From positions 171,246,001 through 171,310,000 of the forward strand of contig NC_086097.1 in assembly GCF_963921235.1 (NCBI RefSeq): a DNA stretch of 64,000 nt, in the 5' to 3' direction. The notes under the pieces are model-generated. The model did not search any database, was not told where the DNA came from, and saw only the letters and a list, made by a program, of their open reading frames with translations. The position numbers and the translations under genes are program-made. The stretch comes from Mobula hypostoma. Taxonomy: Eukaryota. Every line of letters begins with the position of its first letter. Position 1 is the stretch's first letter. Shown here piece after piece: positions 22,680 through 35,344 of this stretch.

Positions 22680-24770
22680 CACAAACCTCCCCTCCCCCAC
22701 CACGTCATCATCTTGTAGCTGCCATCAAGTAGGAGGTACAGAAGCCTGAAGTCCCATGCCACCAGCTTCAAGACAGCTACATCCCCTTTACCATTCAATT
22801 CTTGAGCCAACCAACAAAAACTAATCACTACAGCTTAGCAACATGTCAACATTGATCACTTTGTACCACAACGGATTTGGTTCTAATTGTGTTCTTTGTT
22901 GTATAATTTTGTACAATTTATATTAACAACATATAAGAAATAGGAGCAGGAGTCGGCCACCTGGCCCGTCGAGCCTGCACTGCCATTCAATAAGATCATG
23001 GCTGATCTGACCATGGACTCATCTCCACCTACCTGCCTTTTTCTCATAACCCTTAATTCCCCTGCTATGCAACAGTATTGATAATTTATGCTTTCTTATG
23101 AATATGATGCATTTGATATTATGTGCCTGTGATGTGGCTGCAATACATTTTTTCACAGCACCTATACATATTGTTCATGCACTTGTCCATATGACAATAA
23201 ACTCAACTTTGACTTTATCTTGACTCTCCTCACTAACTTTCTGTTCTTCCATTCCCCTAGAACATCAAAATCTTTCAATTCTCTTCTTGAATATAGCCAA
23301 AATAGGAGCCACCAAGTAATAGCTCCTTCCAAACCCACAGCTTCTACTACTAAGTTCAAGGGCAACAGGTGCTTAGGAACATTACTACTTCCATGTTTTG
23401 CAGAAAATCACTCAGCTCAGTGACTTCTATTAGTTGTTTCTTCACCACCATGGCTCTAATTCCTGGAGCTCTCTCCCCAAAAGCACAGTGGGAGCTCCAT
23501 CAGACTGCAGGTATTTGATGGAAAAGCTCATCGTCATGGCTCGAGATCAGTTCGGAAAGGGTAAGAAATGTTGATCTTGTTAGAAATGCATAGGTAACAA
23601 AAAAGCATGGAAATAAGTCAGTTTTAGAATCATAGAGTAACGCAGCATAGAAACAGACTTCAGCCCAACTGATCCATGCTTATTCACAGCATCCTCCCCT
23701 GCTAGTTCCAGTTATACACATACGGCTCATAATCCTACAAGACCATTCTTTCCATCGACCTATTCAAATGCCTATTAATTGTTGTAATTGTACACAAACA
23801 ATCACATCCTCTGGAAACTCATTCCACATTCTCACTATCCTCTGTATAAAAATTACCTCTCCAGCCTCTTTTAAATTTCTTTGTTCTTATCTTCTAACTA
23901 TGGCCTCAAGATGGTGACTCCCCAACCCTGGGGAAAAGTCTATAACCATCCACTTTCTTTGTACCCCTCATTATTTTCTAAACTTTTGTGAGGTCACCCC
24001 TCATTCTCCTGCACTCCAAGGAGTAAGGATCCAGCATGAACATCTGCTTCCCATAACAGAATTAGACTTTCTAATCTAGGCAGCATCCTCATAATTCTCC
24101 TCTGCACCTTCTCCAGTTTGACAATGTCTTTCCTATAACAAGGTGACCAAAACTGTACATAATACTGCCCAACAGCTTATGTACTGTACCTGAAGCATAA
24201 TGTCCCTGCTACTAAACCTGATGCCTTTAGTGGTGAAGACCAGCATGTTAAATGGCACCCTGTCCATTTGTGTGGCTTCTTTCAGTGAATGGTGCATTTG
24301 TCCTCCCAGCCTCTTCCACAACACTCATCAGTGCCCTATCATTCATATTATAGCTGTTATCCCAGTTTGAATATCCAAAATGCATCACCTCACACTCATC
24401 TAAGTTGAAATTCATTTGCTATTCCTCAGCCCATGTCCCTTTTTATCACAACTTTAAGCTGATCCTGGGGCTTTGCATCAACACACGGTCTTTATCGCAG
24501 AGTTGGGGATCAAGAACTAAAGAATATAGGTTTAAAGAGAGGGGGACGTTAATAGGAACCTGTTGAGAAATATTTTTACACAAAGTGGAGTGAGCTGCCA
24601 GTGGTTGAGGCAGGTAAAATAACAATGCTTGGAAGACGGGTACATGGCAAGGATATTGACCATATGCTGGCAAATAGGACAAGTATCGATGGGACATCTT
24701 GGTCGACAGAGACCAGTTACACCAAAGGGCCTGTTTCCATACTGTATTGCTGTTGAACTCTATGACCCTG
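22680..24770. mobile_element. Patchwork of old Rex1, CR1 (both strands) and L2-like fragments
   Basis: Rex tail 22700-22900; CR1 3' end minus 22927-23070; L2-like 23360-23590; CR1 minus 23630-24440; CR1 plus 24490-24770. Confidence 0.6.
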
Positions 24771-25502
24771 TAACATCATAATGAGGCCAATGCCTCTCTT
24801 GTGATTGGCTCTTGCAGTGATTGTGTCAGAACTGGGGAGCGGAAAACAAGCTCGAAGACTGTGTTCCCAAGCAGAAGGAACATTATCATTTTATGTGTCA
24901 ACCAATAACATAATCAGTATAATTTTGGTTCCATTTAGGCTTCGCTTACTTTGACATTGAAGCATGAGATTGTTACTTGAAGGTGATATATAATATCTGC
25001 AAAATAAAATGTTACTAATTATTATAAATGTAATTCTACATTCAAAGTGGACAGTTATTTATTTTACAAACCCTATTAGTTTTATATGCCACACGTCAGC
25101 TGCTGTTCGAACACAGTATATTAATATTAATTATGATTAGAAAGTGTTTTTTATTAAAAACATGTCTTATTAGCCAGCATGGATGGGGGGCATCTTGGGG
25201 AATGGTGTATAATATGAATCCAAAGCAGAGTGGTGGTTAGAAACAGAGGTCCTTTAAAGGTCAAATAGTTTCAAGCAAGAAATCATGAAAATATATTGCA
25301 TTATATATTTCACTTTTAATGTGGTAAGCTATCCTCAGGATCTTTACAGGAATAATATTCAAGGTCTTACAAAAGCTATGTGCAGAAATACTGATGCAGA
25401 TGACACAAGGTAGCAGGAGCAGGAAGGAGATAGGGAGATGGAAATGTTATTAAAATCTTGGAGAGATCCCCAGCAATGATCTTATCTCCAAAACTGGAAG
25501 GA

Positions 25503-26520
25503 GTCAATTTTAGTAAGGCTTTTGACAAAGTCCCTCATGGGAGGCTAATCCAGAAGATTAAGATGCGTGGGGTCCGTGGTGAATTTGTGGTTTGGATTCA
25601 GAAATGGCTTGCGCATAGAAGACAGAGGGTAGTGGTTGAGGGGACTTATTTGAGCTGGAGGTCTGTAATTAGTGGAGCTCACAAAGATCTGTGCTGGGAC
25701 CTCTGCTGTTTGTGATGTATGTAAATGACCTGGAAGAAAATGTAGATGAGTGAGTTAATAAATTTGCAGATAATACCAAGATTGGTAGAGTTGTGGATAG
25801 TGTAGAAGATTGACAAGGAATATAACATAATATAGGTTAGATGCAGATACAGGCAGAGAAATAGCAGATGGAGTTTAACCTAGATAAATGTGAGGTGTTG
25901 CACCTTGGTAGAGCAAATGCAAGGAGACAGTACACTGTTAAGGGCAAGATCCTTAACATTGTTGCTGAGCAGAGAGATCTTGGGATCCAAGTTCATAGTT
26001 CCTTGAAAGTAGCTACACAGGTTGCTAAGGTGGTGAAGAAGGTTTATGAAATGCTTGCTTTTATTAGTTGAAGCATTGACTTCAAAAATCAGGATGTCAT
26101 GTTGCAACTTTATAAAACTCTGGTTAGACCATATCTGGAGTATTGCATACAGATCTGGTGGCTCCACTATAGGGAGGATGTTGAGGCTTTGGAGAGGGTG
26201 CAGAAGAGGTTTACCAGGATGCTGCCTGGTTTAGAGGGCATGTGTTATCAGAAGAGGTTGGATAAACTTGGGTTGTTTTCTCTGGAGTGCTAGAGGCTGA
26301 GAGGAAATCCGATAGAGGTTTGCAAGACTATGAGAGGCATAGGTAGAGTGGACAGAGTATATCTGTTTCCCAGGGTTTAAATGTCTGAAACCAGAGGGCA
26401 TGCATTAAAGGTGAGGGCAGGTAGGTACAAGCGGGATGTGAGGGGTAAGTTTTTTGACTCAGAGATGGTGGATGCCTGGAACGCACTGCCTGGTATGGTA
26501 GTAGAGGCAAATATTTGAAA
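25503..26520 (+). mobile_element. CR1 LINE RT/3' fragment
   Basis: NFSKAFDKVPHGRLIQKI; MEFNLDKCEVLHLG; LYKTLVRPYLEYCIQIW..LERVQKRFTRMLPGL. Confidence 0.9.
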
Positions 26521-27079
26521 GATCGGGAAACTGAAGGTGATGGGGTACTGGCCAGAAGAGGACTGAGGCAGCAATGATCAGCCAATTCAGGACTGAGTTA
26601 TGGGGCAGCAGCTTTACCCACAATCCCATTGTGCAACCCCTTGTTTTACTGGAAGTGAACTCAATACTCAATAGTCTTGAAACAATTTAGACGCTCAGGA
26701 ATGATTAAAAAATCATAAATATGAATCAAACTTTAAAAATGAAACATTAAAAATACAGTTAACTAAAAGCATTTAAGTGCACTTATAAATAACAAAACAA
26801 TAATTCATAGAAGATCTGTGGTCCAGAACTAGCTGCATCTCTAACCAAGTTGTTCCTGTACAATTACAACTTTATTCATTTTCTAGTAAAATTTATCTGT
26901 TAATTATTGTCGGCACCTGTCACTGTAAGCAAGTTTTGATTGTACCTGTACCTCACTGTACACGTGCACATGACAATAAACTCAACTTGATTTCACACTG
27001 GCATTTACTAGCTGATGTTACAAAGAACAAGAGAGATTAATTCTGCTAATTGAAATTAATTTAAAATCTGTCAGAAAAC

Positions 27080-29700
27080 ATGTACTACCAAGCTCATAGA
27101 CAGCTTCTATCCCGTCAATTGAACAGTCCCTTCATACAATGAGATGGACTCGATCTTACAATCTACCTTGTTATGCCCTTGCAATTCATTGTCTGCCTGC
27201 TCTGTATATTCTGTGTGACTGAAACACTTTTTTTCTGTATTCTGTTATTGCTTTCCCTTTTTCTGTCTCAGTGCATTGTTGTAATGAAATGATCTGTACA
27301 GATGGTATGCAAAACAAAATTTTTCACAGTGTCAATAAAAAAAAACAAATTTAACAATTTATCGGTCTGGGAGATATTGCAACCACAAGTCTTTCCTTCC
27401 CCTTTTAATGGGATGATATGGGATAAATATTTTGTGAAATTTCATTTCCAGCATGGAATCAGAGCTCTGGATTTCTGCCCGTCTGTAAAAATACTGACAA
27501 GACCACAGTGTGGTGAGATACCTTTGCTTGTTTCCCAGAATCTTGCCTTGAACTAAACTCAGGAAAGTTCACTCTTTTTCCAATAAATATTGATTTCCCT
27601 TTCAGCAAGCTGCTGTTAATTCCCAGCTATAGAGAATACCCTTTTTCCCTTTGCATCTATCAAAGTATATTAATATTATTATTGTACACATAACTTTTAG
27701 TCTTATTTTGCTGCAGGTATCAATGAACTCTTCAATAAAACTGCAAACTGCTCCTAAATCTAACAGATTTTCAATGAGTTAATCTAGATCCCTTAAATCA
27801 TTCACACACATTCACCATTCTCCTATATTACAACAATGCTGCATTTCAAGAAAACAGTTCTTTGATTGTGGTACAGAATTCCAAAGACTTGTGACCCTTT
27901 GAGAAAGGAAATTCCTCTTCATCTTTGTCATAAGAGTGTGTCCCTTGCTGGATATTCCAGAAATCATTTAAAGTGCCATATAGTTTACCAAGTTAAAAAT
28001 AAAAAAAAACACAGATGCCGGAAATCAGAAGTACCAGCAGAGATTAGGGGAACACTTAGTAAATCAAACAGCACTTGGGAAATAGAGCAGTTATTGCTTC
28101 AGTTCTGGGACCATTCATCAGAAATAGGAAAGAACAGAAGAAAATAAAAATAAGAGAAACCTACCAAGTTCCTCAACCTGCCTTACCTTTCAATATGTTG
28201 TGACTGATCTCACAGAAGTTTATGAAATCATAAGTGGTATGGATAATGTAGGCATTCATCATCTTTTCCGCAGGGTTGGGGAGTCGAAAACTATATGGCA
28301 CAGTTACAAGATAAGAGCGAAGGGATTCAAAAGAGACCTGAGAAGTAACCTTCACACAGAGATAACTTCACTCATTCCAGTGAGTATGATGCCAATATTT
28401 AATAGGCACTTGGATAGGTATTAGGAAGGAGGGCCTTGCAAGGTTATATGCCTTACATGGGCATATTGGACTTGCAGGGAGGATGCTCGGGTCAGCATGG
28501 GGCAGTTGGGCTGAAGGGTCTGTTTCCCTGTTGTATGAATCTATGACTTGATGACTCTGTCCAACCTCAATTCCCCATCTGTACTAGTTCCATATTGCCC
28601 TCAATTCCTTTGCCTTTCAAATATTTATCCATCTCATAAAATATCTGATGATCCGGATTCCACCAACATCGAAGGCAGAGAGCTCCAGGGATTCACCCCC
28701 CTCTGAGAAAAGAAATTATTGCACACTTTAATTTTCAATGACCTGCCACTTATTTCGTAGCTACATTGCTTGTTTGTGACTCTCAAGATAATTTACAGTA
28801 GGAGAGAAGGAGGGATGAATGAGAAGGAGGGAACATGAATATACCTGTCTGGGTGGCACTGAATAAGTTAATTTAACAGCAGGAGTAGTAGTCTAGGATT
28901 AGAAGTGCTCCTAATTTACACGAACAGCTACTCCCACTATTATGTAGAACTGAATTGAAACATTCAATTATAAAAAGAGACTGTATACTGAATAGATATC
29001 TAATACTGGAATCAGGGGCAAAAAGAAAGCAAACTGCTGAAGGAACTCGGTGAACCAGGCAGCATCTTTGAAGGTAGAGGGATAGTCAATGTGCCAGGAC
29101 AAGACTCTTTATTAGAAGAGAAATGGCTGAAAACTGAGGGGTAAGAGGAGTAATAGCCAGTAAAAGAGATGAGAGGAGGGGGAAGAGCAGGGGTTGACAG
29201 GTGAAGGTTGGCAACAGGTGAGGATGGGAGATCTGGGCAGATGAGGTCAGGCAGGGAAGGGAGAGAGATGGAATTGAGAGACAGTAATTGGTGGAGGCAC
29301 CTCAAAGCACAGCCTCAGAATACAAGATTAGAATAAAGATTAGGAGGAATTTCTTTATAGAGGGTGGCAAATCTGTAGAATTTATTGACACCAATGGTTG
29401 TGGAGGCCAAGAGATTGGATACATTTAAAGTGGAGGATGATAGGTTCTTGATTAATCTGGGCATCACAGATTGTAGGGAGAAGGCAGAAGAATGGGTTTG
29501 AGAGGGTTGATCAATTGGCAGAACAAACTTAGCAGGTCAAATGACCTAATCCTGCTCCTACATCTTATGGTCTTATGGGTTCTAGGGATATAGGCCAAAT
29601 ATAGGCAAATTACAGTAACTTTGATGTGAATCTTGGCTGGCATAGCTTGGTTGGGATGAGGGCCTGTTTCTGTACTACGTGAATCAATGAATCTATGACC
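27080..29700. mobile_element. Cluster of short old Rex1, CR1 and Penelope-tail fragments
   Basis: Rex tail 27080-27340; Penelope tail minus 28010-28125 and 29020-29300; CR1 3' ends 28200-28770 and 29305-29700. Confidence 0.55.
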
Positions 29701-29837
29701 TTGCTTGGTTTCCTTGATGGTGGAAAGAGCAGTGGTGGTATGGCAAAAGATGATTTTAATGTTTCTAACTTTTTTATTTCATGGAGAAAGTGTTAATTGT
29801 CTATTCCATCTGTTGAATTTGATGATATCATACCAAT

Positions 29838-30585
29838 ATTTGGAAAAATAGGGAAATCTCCCCAGAGCATTGCTCATGTTTAGCCTTCAATCAACATTAA
29901 AAACAGATTCTTAGACCACTATTAAATTGGTTTTCATGGCAGTCTGCTCTACACACGTCATAGGCTTCATCATAAACTATCTTCCCCATCACTGAGGACA
30001 TCTTCAAAACACAGTGTCTCAAGAAGGCAGCATCTATCATTAAGGGTCTTCTCCATCCAGGTTATGTCCTCTTCTCATTTTTATCATCAGGGAGGAGGTA
30101 CAGGAGTCAGAATACCTATTCTCGATGTTTTAGGAACAGCTTCTTCCCTTAATGCCATCAGATTTCTGTATGATCCATGAATCTATGAGCACTACCTTGC
30201 TATTCTTCCTTTGCACTGTTTGTTTGTTTATTTATTGTAACTTGTGGTAACTTTTATGTCTTGCCACAAAACAACAAATGGCAGTACTAAATAAACCCGA
30301 ACAAGAGGAAATCTGCAGATGCTGGAAATCCAAGCAACATGCACAAAATGCTGGAGGAACTCAGCAGTCCAGGCAGCATCTATGGAAAAGAATAAACAGT
30401 CGACGTCCCAAAATGTCGACTGTTTACTCTTTTCCATAGATGCTGCCTGGCCTGCTGGGTTCCTCCAGCATTTTGTGTGTGTTGCATTAATAAACCTGAT
30501 ACTTCTTCTGACGCATTACTTGCTGCATTTTAAAGATTTCATTTTGTGGTGAGTACTTTGAAATGTCCTAAAAGGTATTTTATCA
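29838..30585 (+). mobile_element. Old Deu-SINE (SacSINE1/AmnSINE1-like) remnant split by Rex1 and Penelope insertions
   Basis: ggaaatctccccagagcattgctcatgtttagccttcaatcaacattaaaaacagatt resembles the Deu core as I recall it; tail-like agtactttgaaatgtcct at ~30552. Confidence 0.45.
30296..30485. repeat. Head-to-head inverted Penelope pLTR pair (hairpin)
   Basis: Arms 30334-30406 and 30413-30485 are reverse complements with a few mismatches. Confidence 0.9.
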
Positions 30586-31495
30586 TTTTTTTGATTGCTA
30601 TGCAATACAACCAGCTTTCTTTGAATTAAAATAATGAGACAATTTATTGGTGAAGAGCAGATAAATAAAAAACAATTTGAATGATTAAATTGAAACTCCA
30701 GACTAAGATACTAAAATCAGGTTTTGTTAATAGTAACATTCATATGTTCATCACTGAATATATAGTTTAAATATTTGAATGTGATTAGGCACATCTGGAA
30801 CCATCATGTGACAACCAGACCTATCAGTGTTAGATCCCTTGGTATTGCTGCAAAGAGGAGTTGAAGAATTCACCCCATTCTTCTGTCACTGATTAAATAT
30901 CAACTCATTGCTCATTAAAGATGATTAGAATGTGGGATCTCTATGTACATAATCTGGCAGAAGATACAAAAACTGAAAAACATGAACCACCAGACTCAAG
31001 GACAGCTTCTATCCCATACTAATAAGACTCCTAAGTGGACCTCTTGTACAGAAAAAGATGAACTCTTGATTGCAGTGTATTTAAAATTTCAGAAATATTA
31101 GAGTAATATTGTAAATATAGTGTTCGATTAAGCATTCTTTGTTTACATGACTCAGTATGGGTTATGTGTAAGAAGTATGTATATGAATGGCATGCGGCAC
31201 TATGCCACCACGCACTATATGTGCGCCTTATTAAAATAAAAAGAGCAAAAAGACCTAAGTAGACAAGTACCCCAGCTCCTCTGTTTTCTTTCAATTAGTT
31301 TTATGGAGTTAGAAAACATAACGGTGGTGATGAGGAAGTTCTAAAATGAACCTGAGATGACTAACTACTGTACCTGTTGAAGTACATTGTGTTTTTCTTT
31401 GGAAGATGGAAGAGATGTTTGAGAGAGTTAAACTAAAGGTAGAAATTAACAAACAATGAGTACCGCCACAGGCAGATACACAGAGAGTATAGTGT

Positions 31496-31497
<2 letters not shown>

Positions 31498-31533
<36 letters not shown>
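31498..31533 (+). repeat. (TAA)12 microsatellite
   Basis: Read directly. Confidence 0.95.
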
Positions 31534-31535
<2 letters not shown>

Positions 31536-32266
31536 GTTACAGGAGTACATCCAGTTGTCAATATCTGAAAGGTAGACTCATTTGATTGCACAACAGATAA
31601 CAGGATGATGTATACTAATAAATTAAGTAGTATTTTGAAGCAAATGAAATAGCTGATGAAAAATAATTGCCAGTGCTGCTGAATGTAAAGGGTGGAAAAA
31701 CATAGTTTGCTTAGATGCTTAACTGCTTCAACCAAACCAGCTGAAATGGACTTTACTGATACCATGAACGTAAAGCAGTATAACTTAGAACCAAAACCAT
31801 TGTTGATTGCAGAAGTGAACAGCAAATTAATTAAAATTTAATTGGACACTGACTCGGCTGTTCAGTCATTGCACAGTATAGTTTCAATGGCATTTCACAG
31901 ATACTGAACTGAAGTCTGCAGATATCTAACTAAGAATGTCTGCTGAAGAAAAGACACTTTTCTGGGACTGTCATTCATAATAGTGAAATACAACAATGAC
32001 CAACGAGCCTCATTGGGCTTGTATGTGGTAAAAACAGGACGGCCAGCCTTGTGGGCTGTGATTGATTGAGACAATTAGAGATCCATTCACCATTTACAGC
32101 ACATACCACATCCCCTTGCGACAGAGTCAACTGAAAGTGAATTAAGAGGATACTATATGATGCCACAACAGTGTTCAAGGATGGTATTGAAAACGCAAAC
32201 ATACCAAAGGTAAAATAATGTTAAATTAAAATGCCACACCCAAGCTTCACAAAGCCTGTCTGATGC

Positions 32267-32619
32267 CAGTGATCCCCAAACTCCGGGCTGCGAAGCATGC
32301 AGTGGTACATTGGTAGCTGGGACGCACCCAACACATCTTTAAGAAAAAAGCCGAAATAAACAAGTTAATTAATTAGGTGCCGCCTGGCACGTAAATGTTA
32401 GCCCAGATCAGAGGCAATTGCTGATTTCACTTGCTCTACAAAATCGGCAATCGCCTCTGATCTGGGCTGACATTTATGTGCCGGGCGGCACCTAATTAAT
32501 TAGCTTGTTTATTTTGGCTTTTTTCTTAAAGATGTGCTGGGTGCGTCCCAGCTACCACTGCATCCCTGAATGCTTCGGGGCCTGGTATCGGTCCCTGGCC
32601 CGGAGGTTGGGGACGACTG
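32267..32619. mobile_element. hAT (Charlie-like) MITE with a long internal palindrome
   Basis: TIRs CAGTGATCCCCAA / TTGGGGACGACTG; 117-bp inverted arms 32311-32427 and 32441-32557; 8-bp TSD not clean. Confidence 0.8.
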
Positions 32620-33461
32620 CCTTATACCATCAGTGATAAAGCAGCCAGTGAGCTAGATCACATAGAGGCTGAAGGAATTCTTTCCAAGGTTGAGTGGATC
32701 CCATGGGCAACACCAGTGGTCCCCGTAGCCAAGAAAACTGAGCTTGTCAGGATCTGTGATGACTTTAAGGTCACCATCAACCCAGTACTGAAAGTGGCTA
32801 AATGCCCTCTGCCCAGGATAGTTCAAAGTTAAAAGTACATTTATTATCAAAGTATAGATTTGTCACCATATACAATATTGAGATTCATTTTCTTGTGGGC
32901 ATACTCAATTATTTCACAATAGAACAATAACCATATTAAAATCATTGGGAGACTTCACCAACTTGTGCATTCAACCAGTGTGAAAAAGAAACAAACTGGA
33001 CAAATACAAAAAGTAAGAAACAATAATACTAAATAAATAAATAAGAATTAAATATCAATAACATGATACAAAGAGTCCTTGAAAGTGATGGGGCAAGTGA
33101 AATTGAATGAAGTTATATGCTTTCGTTCAAAAGCCCAATGGTTTAGGTAATATCTATTCCTGAACCTTGTGGTGTGAGTCCGAAGACTCTTGTACCTTCT
33201 TCCTGATGGCAGCAACAAGAAGAGAGCATGACCTGGGTGGTGGGGGTCCCTGATGATAGAAGATGCTTTCCTGAAACAATGTTTTATGTAGATGTCCTCA
33301 GTTGTGGGGAGGGCTTTATCCATGATGGACTGGTCAATATCTACTTATTTGTGTTGGATTTTCCATTCAAGGACATTGGTGTTTTTATACCAGACTGTGA
33401 TGCATCCAGTCAATATACTCTCCACTACACACCTATAGAAGTTTTTCGAAGTTTTAGATGT

Positions 33462-34365
33462 CTTTACTTTACTTTATTGTCGCCAGACAATTGATATTAG
33501 AGCGTACAATCATCACAGCAATATTTGATTCTGCGCTTTGCATTCCCTGGATTACAAATCAATAGTAAATATTAAAAATTTAAATTATAAATCATAAATA
33601 GAAAATAGAAAAGGGAAAGTAAGGTAGAGCAAAAAGAAACCGAGAGGCAGATCTGGATATTTGGAGGGTACGGCCCAGATCCAGGTCAGGATCCGTTCAG
33701 CAGTCTTATCACAGTTGGAAAGAAGCTGTTCCCAAATCTGGCTGTATGAGTCTTCAAGCTCCTGAGCCTTCTCCTGGAGGGAAGTGGGATGAAAAGTGTG
33801 TTGGCTGGGTGGGTCGTGTCCTTGATTATCCTGGCAGCACTGCTCCGACAGCGTGCGGAGTAAAGTGAGTCCAGGATGGAAGATTGATTTGTGTGATGTG
33901 CTGCGCTGTGTTCACAATCTTCTGCAGCTTCTTCCGGTCGTGGACAGGACAACTTCCATACCAAGTTGTGATGCACCATAGAAGAATGTTTTCTACGGTG
34001 CATCTATAAAAATTAGTGAGGGTTTTAGGGGACAGGCCAAATTTCTTTAGCTTTCTCAGGAAGTAAAGGCTCTGGTGGGCCTTCTTGGCAGTGGACTCTG
34101 CTTGGTTGGACCAAGTCAGGTCATTTGTGATATTGACCCCGAGGAATTTAAAGCTTTTGACCTGTTCCACTTGCGCACCACTGATGTAAATGGGGTCGTG
34201 CGGTCCGCTACTCCTTCTGAAGTCAACAACAAATTCCTTTGTCTTGCTAACGTTGAGGGATAGGTTATTGTCTTCGCACCATGCCACCAGGTTCTTAATT
34301 TCCTCTCTGTATTCAAACTCGTTATTACCCGAGATACGGCCGACAATTGTTGTGTCATCAGCAAA
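33462..34365 (-). mobile_element. Young Rex1/Babar copy, same subfamily as 17401-18677
   Basis: [36 protein letters not shown] nearly identical to the other copy; same 3' UTR and (GTAAA)n tail; 5'-truncated at FADD. Confidence 0.92.
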
Positions 34366-35344
34366 TCTTGCTGAATCTTCACAAACTCCTAAGGGAGTAG
34401 GGGTACTGCCACGCTTTCTTCGTGATTGCATTTATTGCAGGGCCCAAGACAGGTCCTCTGAAGTAATAACACTGAGGAACTTAAAGTTGCTTAGCCGCTC
34501 CACCTCTGATTCTCCGATGAAGACTGGCTCATAGATTTCTGATTTCCTTCTCCTGATGTCAATAATCAGCTCCTTGGTCAAGCTGACACTGTCAAATTGT
34601 TGTGGCATTACTCAGCCAAATTTTAAATCTCTCTGTCTTATATGCTGATTCATCACCACCTTTGATTCGGTCTATGACAGTGATGTCATTAGCAAACTTG
34701 AATATCACTTTGGAGCTGTAATTAGCCACACACTCATATGTGTAAGGCGAGTAGAACAGGGGCTCAGCACACAGCCTCGTGGTGCATCTGTGCTGATGGA
34801 CATTGTGGAGGGGATGTTGTTGCCAATCCAATCTGACTGGGGTCTGCAAGAGAGGAAATCAAGGATCCAATTGCACAAGGAGGTATTGTGGCCAAGGTCT
34901 TGAAGCATACTGATTGGTTTTGATGGGATGATGGTACTGAATGCCGAGCTGTAGTCAATAGAGATCTTGATGTGTGCAGCTTTGCTGTCTAGATGTTTCA
35001 GGATTGAGTGAAGAGTCAGTGCAATTACATCTGCTGGAGATCTGTTACTCTGGTAAGCAAATTGGAGCAGTTCCAAGTCGCTTCTCAGGCAGTTGATACA
35101 TTTCATTATTACCCTCTCAAAACACTTCATCACTGTGGATGTAAGTACTACTGGACCATAATTATTGAGGCAGGATACCACGTCCTTCTTAGGCGCGCGT
35201 ATAATTGAATCCTGCATAAAGCAGGTAGGTACCTCAGACTGCTAAAGGGAGAGAGTTTAGAGGTCTCAGGGAACACTCCAGCCAATTGATCAGCATACAT
35301 TTTTAGTGCTTGGCCAGGTTCCCAATCTGGGCTGGATTCAGGAT

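Larger units (their letters stand above)
16390..22680 (+). mobile_element. Degraded CR1 LINE (ORF1 end, APE, RT, 3' end) interrupted by three insertions
   Basis: KMLHLNGCSI (ORF2 start, ~16730); gattttagaaagcctttgataaggtgccgca (DF.KAFDKVPH, ~19642); CR1 3' end ~22400-22680. Confidence 0.88.

Noticed and set aside
31433..31825. 130-aa hydrophobic ORF with poly-Ile
   Set aside because: Antisense of degraded gag plus the (TAA)n microsatellite.
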